Below are positions 13,977-26,018 of a DNA stretch of 64,000 nt, piece after piece. Each line of letters starts with the position of its first letter. The first letter of the stretch is position 1. Both the position numbers and the translations under genes were made by a program. Source of the stretch: Lama guanicoe (taxonomy: Eukaryota); NCBI GenBank assembly GCA_013239625.1, contig MU053487.1:1321058-1385057 (forward strand), written 5' to 3'. The notes below the pieces were generated by a model. That model ran no database searches and was not told the origin of the DNA. It saw only the letters and a list, made by a program, of their open reading frames with translations.

Positions 13977-15739
13977 AACTTTGACATTTTTGAAGAGACC
14001 TGAGCAGCACCTTTGTAAGATGCCCTCAGCTAACATGGGCCTGCTAATTTCTCATGATTAAATGGGGATTATGTCTTTTTTGAAGAACAGCACAGAAGTG
14101 ACATATCCTTGTCAGTATATTATATCAGGTTGCATGTTGTCGACATGTCTTACTACTGTTGATGTTACTACCATCACTTGGAAAAGGTGGTATTTAGTGG
14201 GTTTCTCCACTGTTAATTTTCTATTTCCCTATTTGTAATTAATAACTATCTTGGGGGAAATACTTGAGACTGTGCAAATATACTCTTTCTCCTCAAATTT
14301 TGGCCCACTCATTTTATCATCCATCATTAAATCTTGCCTATAGCAGATGTTAATGTGGGGTTTACTTATAATTTTTTATTCCGTCATTCCTTCTACATTT
14401 GGAATTCTCCTTTAAGGAGGAGCTGTCTCTCTTCTGTATGTATGTATGTATGCATGCATGTATTTATTCAGATATTTATTTATACTAATTTGGATTCATG
14501 ATATTGGTTTTCTCCGTGGTGTTTAGTCCCACACTATTACGGTTTATTTTCTTGCTCAAACTGTTCCAGCTTTGTCTCTTGGGGACACTTTCTGGTTGGC
14601 TCCTGTGCCCTTTTTGGTAGGTCCTCATCCCTTTTTTGAGCACTTCCTTACTTTCTTGTACCACAAGATCTTCCAGGATCCCTGCCTCTTCTTTTAGGAA
14701 CTCTGGTTCTGTGTGTTGTCTGTTGATACTAAATTTTAGTGTAAGTGTTTATTTTAAAAAAATGTTTAGCAGGATATTTTCTATTATGAAGTGTATTGTG
14801 AAATGTTTCCTAAATATTTTTTATCTTAATCTCAGTTTATCGCCCTCTTTCTCTATCTCCATGTTATAAATAATCTAAGAACATCAATGTGGATTGTGAA
14901 TGACCTGGATTACATAACTAGGGAATGGCAGGAAACTTGAACTTGGTACAGTTCTTCTGATTCAGCATTGTGCTCTCTGTCCACACTGCTGGGCCTGTCA
15001 TCGCAGGAGGCCTGTAGCACCTGCTCACCATGGTGTGTTAAGCACTTGAGGCTCTGTTCTTTTAAAAGCATGATGTTTACAACTTCTGTAGCTGCCTGGA
15101 AGCTCCCGCTGTGGAGTCCTGACACCACGCCCATCCTGTCCAAGTTCATATACCTGGTATCAGGTAACAAAGAGAGTCACACTCAGGTTCGCCTTGCTTT
15201 GAACAGTGCCCTACCCCGCCATCCCTGAAATATGAATGATCTGATATGTTACATTTCAAACGTTTTTGGTGAAAAAACGTTAGCCACTAGGTATCAGAAA
15301 GCCTTGAATTTTGTATAAGCTTTGATCAGCCAATAACTTCAAAGAATTACTTGAGGAAGTATGAATATTACAACCTCTGCTTAAGTTACAGTCTAAAGAT
15401 GGACCCCTTTTGTCTGCGTCTGTGTATGATCTTCTTAGGTTCAAAATAGTAGCAATAAAAAAGATGGTTCAGGGCTAAAGAGCTACAAAGAAGAGGACAC
15501 ACACACACACATACACCAAGTTTATTGTGGCTGTTATTTTCTGAATCTGTAATAGTTGATGTCCTGACATGGGTGACTTTATTCCAGAGATAATTTTGAA
15601 CTTGGTACTGTCAAAGCACCTAGGATGTAGGTCTCTGTAGAAATTTCACAGAAGCGGCTCCAAACTGGAGAAACGAATCAATTCTATAACTTGTCAAATC
15701 TGAGAGAAATACAAAACTCCAATGTATTTCAACAGCAGC

Positions 15740-15970
15740 ACGAGCTCCAGAGTATGACATTCGCCACAGATTTTATAAGTCACTGAATGTTTTTAATTTT
15801 GGTTTCCTCATTATTGAAATAGTTTTAGCAATACTGCCCCCAAATATAAGGGTTAAATCAGATACTGGAGGCAAAGCCTGGCGTGGATGGACTGCTCTGT
15901 TAGTGGTGGGGAGAGCTGCCAGCCTCATCATAGTCAACATGAACATCACTGTCATTACTAATATTAACGT
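15740..15970 (+). mobile_element. Degraded MIR SINE
   Basis: Reverse complement reads '...gccaggc...tatctgatttaaccctta...aatgaggaaacc...cagtgactt', matching the MIR core and tail. Confidence 0.6.
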
Positions 15971-17048
15971 TAATTGCAGCCTCCGATGTTTGTGCCTGTC
16001 TCTAGACTCAAATTTGGATCTCTTTCTCCTTCTTTGTGAAACAGATTCCACTGACCTGATGCAGCTACACGAGAGATCTTTGCAAATGCTTTGCCAAGAC
16101 CTGAATTTGGTAACTTGGATGCTGGCGTGATTGAAGAAAGGACAAGAACCCACTTCACTCAGCAACACTTTATAACACAGTCTAAGGGCGGACAATTTCC
16201 TACTCATGACAGTTTTATTATTACAGCTTTCATCTCAACAGGCAGAATAAACACAACCTTCATAAGAAGTGCTCCAGGTAGGCCAGAAAGTATTACACTG
16301 ACTTCTGACACAGGAAACACTGCCATTATTAATAATCTTGTCGTGTTTGTTTTGTGCTTTGGAAAACCAGCTAACATATTGAATATAAAGCTGTTCTGTA
16401 GAAATGTTAATCATCTGTTAAACTATATTAATACAAATCAGTCTCTTTCCATTCTCTAGATCTTGTTCTCTTTGCCCTACAAACCTTCAGATTATAGATT
16501 ACTCATTCTTTATACTGAGGAACATGTGACTTCTGCATGAGATTAGAAAACATGCTGAAGTCTGCCTTAAGGTATTCACATAAAAAAAATTTAGTGTAAA
16601 TTCTCTCATTTATGACACACTAAGGTAAACCTAACACTGAAGAAAAAGTTTTAAAAAATCAATATTATTCTTATCCCATCCCTGTTTGCTCATATCTTTA
16701 ATTCCATGCTAAGGATACAACTCTGGGATTAAAGTTGCCGACCGTAGGAATGGACACTGCTGAGACAGCTGTAACATAATGGTTACTCGGTTAACTTGAA
16801 ACTCTTGAGTTTGGTTTGCCTGGTTTCATATTCTGCCTTCTTCCCGACCACATGACTTAGATGAATTATTGAAATTCTCTGTGCTCCATTTATGCAACAG
16901 ATATTTATTGAGCTCTAAGTATCATCTGGCACCTTAGTTCTGAGGATATAATGTTCTATGAAACAGATAAAAATATGTACCCAATTAATACTTACTATAT
17001 ATGAGAGGGAGAGATCAACAAATTATAAAGAAATGCATGTCAGATGGT

Positions 17049-17520
17049 GTGTCATTGTCAGGGTTCTCCAGAGAAACAGGACCACTAGGATAGGTGTGTA
17101 TATGTGTGTATGTGTATATGTGTGCATTTGTATAGTGAGCAAGGGAAAGAAAGAGGCAGAGAGACAGAGAAATTTATTTTAAGAAGTTGGTTCATGTGAT
17201 TGTTGAGGCTGGCAAGTCCAAAATCTGCAGAGCTGGTCAGCAAGCTGAGGCCCCAGAGAAGAATTCGTGTTGCAGCTGGAATCCAAAGGCCAGCAGGCCA
17301 GCAGTGCTCTTTCTTTTTTGGTGGTTGTGGAGGAGAGAGAGTCTTTTTTTAAAGGTTTTAAATTGAATGGATGAGGCACACCCTGCCCCCCCCCCCATTT
17401 TGGAGGGTAACCTGTTTTACTCAAAGTCTACTGACTTAAATGTGAATCTTATCTAAACAATACCTACCACATCTTTGACCAGGTGCCTGGCCAAGTTGAC
17501 ACAGGAAATTAACCATCACA
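17049..17520 (-). mobile_element. MLT2 3' LTR of an ERVL provirus
   Basis: 'gtcagggttctccagagaaacagga...ttggttcatgtgattgttgaggctggcaagtccaaaatctgcag...aagttgacacaggaaattaaccatcaca'. Confidence 0.88.
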
Positions 17521-18355
17521 AGCCCACCCTTTGTCAACTTGGAGTGCAAACACACCTTCTTAAGCCTCACTTAATTTTGTAATAAAGACAATAACAAGGT
17601 TATACTTCCACTGGACATGACAGAACGATCCTGCCTACAACCAAAAATGCACTAACCCTTTCCCAGGAGAGGACACAAAGGGGTGATGTTTATCCTTTAC
17701 TTGATATCGTGTAACTTAAATAGTGTAATATAAAGTTTGTACATGTTATATGATAATGAATAAGAGAGGGAAGAAAGCAAAGGTATTTGTTTCACACACA
17801 CACACACACACACACACATTCATAACAAAATAAGGAAGAAATACTCAGGACAGTTGAGGTCCCGCTGTAAGTGGTGACAGGATCATAGCTGGTATTTATC
17901 ATGGCCTTCTTTCACGGTCTGTTCCATACTCCCTTTGGCCTCAGCAAGCACCTCAGTTGGTCATGGCTCCTTACCTGGTGAAGAAAAACTTTAAAAAAAT
18001 CAAAATTATTCTATGCAAGCCTGGTTTTATCACATTCTTAATTCTATGCTGAGGATATAATCCTGTAATTTAAGGTGCTGATTTAGGGGATGATTTAAGA
18101 ATGTTCATTCCTGGAGGGCCTGTGCCACTCATACTCCTGCCTGAACTGGGTTATTGTAATTTTCCATTGATGTTAATCACGAGGCATGGTAATACCAAGA
18201 AGGACACCCTGAGGGGTCTCTTGTATTCCAAACATACTGTCCCTCACTGCCATAATTAAGATGTATCACCCCAGCCAGCACAGTAGCTCCTTTCTTTGCC
18301 TATTGAATTGGAGAGATGAGAAGCTTATAAGAGCCAGGGGACTGTATTAACTCCA
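17521..18355 (-). mobile_element. ERVL internal 3' region (PPT and 3' end of internal sequence)
   Basis: Directly abuts the LTR with an antisense PPT 'agcccaccctttgtcaacttgg'; ERVL-int motifs 'ctttggcctcagcaagcacctcag', 'ttcattcctggagggcc', 'gttaatcacgaggcatggtaatac'. Confidence 0.8.
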
Positions 18356-19810
18356 GGTATATACATATATACATACATATGGAAGGGGAACGTTGTCATA
18401 ACTCGATAAATTGAGGGAATATCTTTTAAATCCAAAAAATACAAAATTCAACAGTATAACTAAAGAATAATACACCATGACTTTATTACAGAGTTAAGGA
18501 CTTTCTTCCAGAAATGCAAATGGCAATGTATACCCTGATAAAAAGAATAAGTACCACTGAGATCAGTTATCTGTAAGTCACCACTTGTCACAAAGCCCAG
18601 AAAAATTATAAACTTATTGCACTTTAAGAAGTGAATATGGGAGGAAAAAAAAATTGCAGACCTTTAATCCGTTCTCTTTCACAGGGGGAGTCCCAGTGAA
18701 AGAAAGAAAGAAAGCACAAACGAAAGTGACCGGTCAAATATTCTTGTAGACTTTTAGTGAAAACCGACCTGAAAACAAGATAATGCTGTTTGCTGGTAAG
18801 GAAGACTTTATCTGTGCAATTCTGTTGTCAGGATATACCTGGTTATCAAGGATTTCTTTTGGAAAAGAGCCTGTAGATCTGCAGCACGTGGGTCCATGTA
18901 AACTCTGTATCTGAGTATAACATGGAGATATTTCACGACTGCACACGTTGCTCAGAGACCTGTATGTTTATCTAGACTTAGAGGATGTCCTGATGCTGAA
19001 AAGAAGGGAACTGCATGTCCTTGGAGGTCCTAGATGTCTCCCTGCTTTACGTGCTTTGAGATTTGTATTTGTATCCTTGGAATTAGTAAAATTTGATACT
19101 GGGTGAGGTTTTGATTCATGTTAGTCTTAAGTGGCAATCTGATCCTTTGTATTATCTCAAATACAAAAATAATTATGGAAGAATAAAGGGGGAGAATAAT
19201 CCATGGATTTATTTTAGAATAATTGGAAATATTGACTGGCTATGCCAGATAGCAAATATTATTTTAAATCCATTGTACGAAATTGGTTAATATTGGATGA
19301 AACAAACACAATAGAGTCAAAAATGGTATTTTAGATTACCTATAATTCAGTAACTCCTATTCGTAAAAGATACCACTCAGCAAGCAAAAGGTAAGCCTCA
19401 AAATGGAAGAACATGTTAGCAAGATGGCATATTTTATTTTACGCACTTGTGCTCACTGAGAAAATTAATCACTTTGGAGATTTGATTAACAAGTTCATTT
19501 TTAGTCAATCTCATGCTTGATGGTATACTTTTTTATGGTATACATTTATAAAACAGCCTTTTAAAAACAGATTGGAAAGTCATATTCAATTTATTAAGCA
19601 CATTTGAAAAACATCAAGTGAGTTTTTTAAATAATGTATGATCTTGCATTTAAAATATTTATGATAAATCATTCGCAATTACAAAAATAACTCATTGCTA
19701 TGAAGTTAGAATTTTAAAAAGATTTTTATTTCTCACAAGCAGTGTGAGTGTCTGTGTGTTCTTTAAGGTATGGTTGGTCTAATGCTCCCATGATACACCA
19801 CGTTTAGATG

Positions 19811-19824
19811 GTTTCCATGGAGAC
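19811..19824. promoter_or_regulatory. Candidate RFX X-box
   Basis: GTTTCCATGGAGAC, a near-palindrome close to the RFX consensus GTTGCCATGGCAAC, in non-repeat sequence. Confidence 0.4.
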
Positions 19825-20595
19825 AATTTCTGCTTAAGCTTAGGTGACAATGTAAGTTAATTTTAAATGAGTTGAAGGAGGAGATTGTTTATAAAGTGAA
19901 TGGTAACCATATCCATCCAGCTAATCAGTTTTAAACCCTCAAGTTGGTGGAATCTTTTTATAGCCATTTTTATTCTTTTTTTCCTATGTCTACTTCAGCC
20001 CCATGTCCTCCCTCTTTTTTTTTCCTCTCCACTGCTTCCCATTTCCTTGCCAGTTATCCTATTAGTTTCAGCTTCTGCTTCCTCCATTTACTTCTTAGTG
20101 AAAATAATCTTTTAAAATTAGTGTAAATTATACAGAATTGCTGGAAAATAGGTTTTATTTTTCTAAATGTAATATGTCCTTGTCTTGATGATTTAGTTGT
20201 TTGTAACATTTTATGGTGAATGCAGATACAGAGGACCACTGGGATTACCTTTTCTAGCGTGAGGATTGTTTCCCTCTTACCTCAGCCTAGAAAGAGAAGC
20301 TTCAAAAATCCACCTGGGGAGCTGGACAAGCATGTATTAGAGTCGGAGGGACCCAGCAGAGTCAGACTCACACCCTAGTAATAGGAGGTTAAGAGGCTGG
20401 CTGCTAAAGTCTCAGGCAGCAGAGATAAGATCTGCTATTTGGGAACGAGTTCATTTGCACCAAGAGTAGAAGAAACTTGCAAGTTTCCTATGGAGCAGGG
20501 ATGGAGAGAAAAATGCCTGGTTAAAAGACAAGGAAAGAAGTAAGACTTTGTGGGCAATGGGACTGCGAGTGAGAAAGCCTGTTAAGAGGTGAAAC

Positions 20596-21267
20596 TGTTA
20601 CTCAACCAAACTTGGATCCGCTTGCCTGCACACACACAGTAAAGCCAGTCTACTGACCCTGGGTTGTGGTGAAGCAAAATGCAGCATTTGTTGCCGGAGC
20701 CAGACAAGGTGTCCAGGGCAGCGAGTGCGTCCAGGGCAGCTAGTGCTTAAAAAGGCCCAGACTCCCTGTGGAGGCTTTCAGAGAGAAGTTTTTAAAGACT
20801 GCGTAAGGAAGAGGAGTTGCGGGGTATGTGATCAGCTCGCGGACATTCTTCTGGTTGGTTGGTGAGGTAATCAGGAGTCAACATCATCAGCCTTCTGGTT
20901 CCAACCAGTCTGTGGTGAACATGCTTGCGGGTATGCATACAGTTAAACTTCTTCCACCTGGAGGAAGACAGCAGGGGTTCAGTATCTGCAAAACAGCCCA
21001 AAGGGTATGGCTCAGAATATTATCTGCAGCCCCTGAGGAGGAACTAAAAGTCCTTGACTTTCTTTAATGACTAAACTATCATTATTTTGTCTTGCTTGAC
21101 TGTTTTCCTTTCTTTCTGCATTTTCTCACTACTCGAATTAAATGCACCTTTTGGAACTCAGGGAAGCCGAGGAGACTAAAGTTTTTCTACAGACAAGAGG
21201 CAGGTGGAGGACTTGGGGGTTGGGGAAACTGTTCCGGGAAACCTCCATAGCTTGCTGCTTGGTTACA
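20596..21267 (-). mobile_element. ERV1-class solo LTR (cetartiodactyl type)
   Basis: TG...CA termini (tgttac... / ...ggttaca); 4-bp TSD aaac (20592-20595 / 21268-21271); internal tandem duplication gtccagggcagc(g/t)agtgc. Confidence 0.88.
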
Positions 21268-22049
21268 AAACTGTAGCTAAAAGCGTGAGTCCTGGGTGGA
21301 CAACCAAAGAATCTGCACGTTAGAGACTTCCCTGGGAAAGGGGGAATCTCCCAAGAACCGATAAAATCACCCCACAGGAAACAGACTCAACTATAAACAT
21401 GAGCTTCAAGAGGGTAAGAGAGACAGACTTCAAAGGGGAATAATTCAGTAAGACATTCTGTGTGCTATATCTCCGTCCCTCCCAGTTCAGCAGTGGAGAG
21501 GTTGGGAACTGAAGCCGAATTGGGAAGCAGGAGGCAGGAGGGATTGTAGTGAAAAGGTCAAGCTTGCCCTGTATTCTCAGCAGATTTTAAACTGTCAGTG
21601 GATCTGATCTGGTTGAAAAGAGAAGCCTTGACTTTAAATTATTTCAGAGGACTGGAAATTAAATTATTTTTCATTTATTGAAGTATAGTCAGTTACTATG
21701 TGTCAGTCTCTGGTATACAGCATAATGTCCTAATCATGCATATACATCCATATATTCATTTTCATATTATTTTTTATTAAAGGTTATTACGAGATAGCAA
21801 ATATGGTTCCCTGTGCTATACAGAAGAAATTTGGTTTTTGATCTATTTTTATATATAGTAGTTAACATTTGCAAATCTCAAACTCCCAGATTTATCCCTT
21901 CCCACACCCTTTCCCCTCTGGTAACCGTAAGATTGTTTACTATGTCTGAAGTCTGCTTCTGTTTTAGAGATAAGTTCATTACTGTCTTCTTATCCTTTTC
22001 TTAGATTCTACATCTGAGTGATATCATATGGTTTTTTTCTTTCTCTTTC

Positions 22050-25000
22050 TGGCTTACTTTACTTAGACTAACAATCTCCAGGTCCATCCATATTGCTGCA
22101 AAGGGCATTATTTTATTATATTTTATGGCTGAGTAGTATTCCATTGTATAAATGTACCACAACTTCTTTATCCAGTCCTCTGTTGATGGACATTTAGGGT
22201 GTTTCTATGTGTTGACTATTGTATGTACTGCTGCTATGAACATTGGGGTGCATGTATTTTTTCAAATTAGAGTTCCCTTTGGATATATACCCAGGAGTGG
22301 TATTGCTGGATCATACAGTAAGTCTATTTTTAGTTTTTTGAGGAATCTCCACTCTGTTTTCCATAATGGCTGCACCAAACTACACTCCTACCAACAGTGT
22401 AGGAGGGTTCCCTTTTCTCCACATCCTCTCTAGCATTTATCATTTGTGGACTTTTTAATGATGGCTGTTCTGACTTGGTGTGAGGTGATACCTCACTGTG
22501 GTTTTGATTTGCATTTCTCTGATATTTAGCAATATTCAGTATTTTTCAACATGCCTATTGGTCATTTGTATGTTTTCATTAGAGAATTGCTTGTTTAGGT
22601 CCTCTGCCTATTTTTGAGGGAGTTAATTAGGTTTATTCATTTGTTTACTTGATGGAGGTACTGGAGATTAAACCCAGGACCTTGTGCGTGCTTATTACCA
22701 ATTGAGCTATATTCTACCCCCTGTTTTTGGATTGCATTGTTTGTTTTTTTATTATTAAGTTGTATGAGCTGTTTATATATTCTGGAAATTAAGCCTTTGT
22801 CATTCACATCGTTTGCAAATGTTTTCTTGTGTTCCATAGGTTGTCGTTTTGTTTTGCTTAAGGTTTCCTTTGCTGTGCAGAAGCTAGTAAGTTCAAATAG
22901 GTCCCATTTGTTCATTTTGGCTCTTAACTTCTATTGCCTAGGTAGGCTGCCCTAGGAGAACATTGCTAAGATTTATGTCAGGGAATGTTTTGCCTATGTT
23001 TACTTCTAGGAGGTTTATAGTGTTTATAGTCTTATATTTAAGTCTTTAAGCCATTTTGAGTTTATTTTTATTTCTGTATATGGTGTGAGGGAGTGTTCTA
23101 ACTTCATTGATTTACATGCTGCTGTCCAGTTTTCCCAACACAGCTTGCTGAAGGGACTGTCTTTCCTTCATTGTATATTCTTGCCTCCTTTGTCAAAGAT
23201 TAATTGACCAAAAGTTTGTGGTTTTATTTCTGGGCTTTCTATTCTGTTGCATTGAACCATATGTCTGTTTCGGTGCCAATACCATGCTGTTTTGATTACT
23301 GTAGCTCTGTAGTATTGTCTGAAGTCTGGGAGGGTTATTCCTACAACGTCATTTTTTTTTTCAGTATTGCTTTGGCAATTCTGGGTCTTTTGTGTTTCCA
23401 TATAAATTTTAGGATTATTTGTTCTAGTTCTGTGGAAAATATCATGGATAATTTGATAGGGATTGCATTAAATCTGTAGATTGCCTTGGGCAGTATGGCA
23501 ATTTAAACAATATTAATTATTCCAGTCCAAAAGCATGGAATATCTTTCTATTCTTTAATCATCTTTAATTTCCTTAATCAATGTTTTATAGTTCTGTATG
23601 TATAAGTCTTTCACCTCCTTGGTAAGATTTATTCCCAAGTATTTTATTGTTTCGGATGCGATTTTAAAAGAAATTGTTTCTTTGCTCTCTTTTTCTGATA
23701 TTTTATTGTTAGTGTAAAGAAATGCAATTGATTTCTGTATGTTAATCTTGTATCCTGCTACCTTGCTGAATTCTTTTACTAGCTCTAGGAGTTTTTGTGT
23801 GGAGTCTTTAGGGTTTTCTATATATAGGATCACGTCACCTGCATATAGTGACAGTTTTACCTCTTCTCTTCCAATTTGGATCCCTTTTATTTCTTTTTCT
23901 TGCCAGATTGCTGTGGCTAGGGCTTCCATTACTGTGCTGAATTAAAGTGGTGAGAGTGGGCATTCTTGTCTTGTTCCAGATTTCAGCTGGAAGGCTTTCA
24001 GCTTCTTACCATTGAGTATTATGCTGGCTGTGGGTTTGTCATAAATAGCTTTTATTATGTTGAGATAAGCTCCCTCTATATCCACTTTGGTAATAGTTTT
24101 TATCATAAATGAGTGTTGAATTTTATCAAATGCTTTTTCTGCATCTATTAAGATGATCATTTCATTTTTGTCCTTCTTCTGTTGATGTGGTTTATCACAC
24201 TGATTGATTTGGATGTGTTGAACCATCCTAATGTCCCTAGGATGAATCCAACTTGATTGTGGTGTATGATCTTTTTATGTGTTGTTAGATTCTGTTTGCT
24301 GATATTTTGTGGAGAATGTTCATCAGGACTATTGGCCTGTGATTTTCTCTTTCGGTAGTGTCTTTGTCTGGTTTTGGTATCAGGGTGATGGTGGCTTCAG
24401 AGTGAGTTTAGGAGTATTCCCTCCTTTTCAGTCTTTTCAAATAGTTTGGGAAGGATCAGTACAAGTTCTTCTTTGCATGTCTGGTAGACTTACCCCAGTG
24501 AAGCCATTTGGTCCTGGACTTTTGTTTGAAGGGAGGTTTTTTTTATTGTGGATTTTCATTTCTGGTGATCAGTCTGTTCAAGTGGTCTATTTCTTCTTGA
24601 TTCAGTCTTGGTGGACTGTATGTTTCTGGAAACTTGTCCATTTCTTCTAGGTTGTCCAGTTTGTTTCCATATGGTTGTTCAAATGTTCTCTTACAGTTTT
24701 TTGTATTTCTGTAGTATTTATTTATAATTTCTCCATTTTCCTTTCCTATTTTTTAATTTGTGTTCTCTCTCTTCTTGATAAGCCTGGCCATAGGTTTGTC
24801 AATTTTGTTTGCTCTTTCAAAGAACCAGCTTTTGGTTTGATTGATTTTTTTTCTATTGTTTTATCTCTGTTTTATTTATTTCCTCCCTGATTATTTCTTT
24901 CATTCTGCTGACTTAGGTTCTTTGCTCTTCATTTCCTAATTCTTTTAGGTATTGGGTTAGGTTGTTTATTGTAGATTGTTCTTGTTTTTGGAGGAAGACC

Positions 25001-25902
25001 TGTATCACTGTGAACTTGCCTCTTAGGCCTGCTTTTGCTGAGTCCCATAGATTTTGTGTGATTGTGTGTTCACTGTCATTTGTCTTAAAGTATTTTTTAA
25101 TTTCTTCTTTGATTTCATCATTTACCTATTGTGTTTTTAGTAACATATTGTTTAGTCTCCATGTTTAGTTGGGTTTTTTTCTCATTTGTTTTTCTGTGGT
25201 TGATTTCTAGTTTCATGCCATTGTGGTCAGAAAAGATGCATGAAATAATTTCTATCCTCTTAAATTTGTTGGGGCTTTTCTTGTTCCCAAGTATTTGGTC
25301 TCTTCTAGAGAAAGTCCCATGCACACTTGGAAAGAATGTATATTCTGTTTTGGGGGGATGCAATGTCCTAAAAATATCAACCAAGTCCAACTGTTCCATT
25401 GTCATTTAGTATCTCCATTTCCTTATTGATTTTCTGTCTGTAAGACCTGTCCAGTGATGTTAATGGGATGCTGAAGTCTCCTACTATTTTTGTTTTCCCA
25501 CCAAATTCTCCCTTTATGTCTGTTAATATTTGCCTTATATATTTAGGTAGTCCTATATTGGGTGCATATATGTTAATGAGTGTACTATCCTTATCTTGTA
25601 TTGCTCCTTTGGTTATTATATAGTGTCCTTTATCTTTCTTTATGGCCTTTGTTTTAAAGTCTGTTTTGTCTGATACCAGTATTGCTACTCCCGCTTTCTT
25701 GTCATTTCCATTTGCATGAAGTATCTTTTTCCCTCCTCTCACTTTCAATTTATGTGTGTCCTTCACCCTAAAGTAGGTCTCTTGTAGGCAGCATATTGGA
25801 GGCTCTTGTTTTATTATCCAGTCTGCCACTCTATGTCTTTTGATTGGAGCATTTAGTTTATTGACATTTACAGTGATTATTAATAGATGTGTGTTTTGCC
25901 AT
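22050..25902 (-). pseudogene. Disrupted L1 ORF2 (APE endonuclease + reverse transcriptase)
   Basis: Fragments ADWIIKQEPPICCLQET...[61 protein letters not shown] (FADD motif degenerate), [27 protein letters not shown]; many frameshifts and stops. Confidence 0.95.
22611..22720 (-). mobile_element. Camelid Vic-1-type SINE nested in the L1
   Basis: 'gttaattaggtttattc...ggaggtactggagattaaacccaggacc...ttgagctata' interrupts L1 ORF2. Confidence 0.88.
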
Positions 25903-25975
25903 TTTGAACTTAGTTTTCAGTTGATTTGGTATTTCCTCCTTGTTCCTTTCTTTTTCTTTCTCGTTTGTAGTTTGA

Positions 25976-25978
<3 letters not shown>

Positions 25979-26014
<36 letters not shown>
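25979..26014. repeat. (TG)n microsatellite
   Basis: About 18 TG units visible. Confidence 0.95.

Positions 26015-26018
<4 letters not shown>

Larger units (their letters stand above)
13085..14700 (-). mobile_element. Old L1MC-type 3' region, interrupted by a young L1
   Basis: 'ttttctgttccaggatccag', 'ttctcatgattaaatgggg', 'aaggtggtatttagtgggtttctccactgt', 'ttgctcaaactgttccagctttg' are L1MC 3'UTR motifs. Confidence 0.7.

Noticed and set aside
15690..15970. Filovirus VP35-like motifs (PPNIRVKS ~ PPVIHIRS; KAWRGW ~ KIDRGW) just upstream of the VP40-like segment
   Set aside because: The nucleotides match a degraded MIR SINE, and a ~15-aa deletion would be needed, so this is treated as coincidence. 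It also removes any gene-order support for the VP40 idea.
15773..16207. 144-aa minus-strand ORF with a basic RRRKRSK stretch
   Set aside because: Partly overlaps a MIR; no recognisable domain and no gene structure.
18734..19080. Possible exon/ORF in unique sequence
   Set aside because: Candidate acceptors on both strands lead to early stops in all frames; no recognisable protein.
22050..25902. Active reverse transcriptase/endonuclease gene
   Set aside because: L1 ORF2 is broken by frameshifts, stops and a SINE; the catalytic FADD reads YAGD; ORF1 and the promoter are absent.
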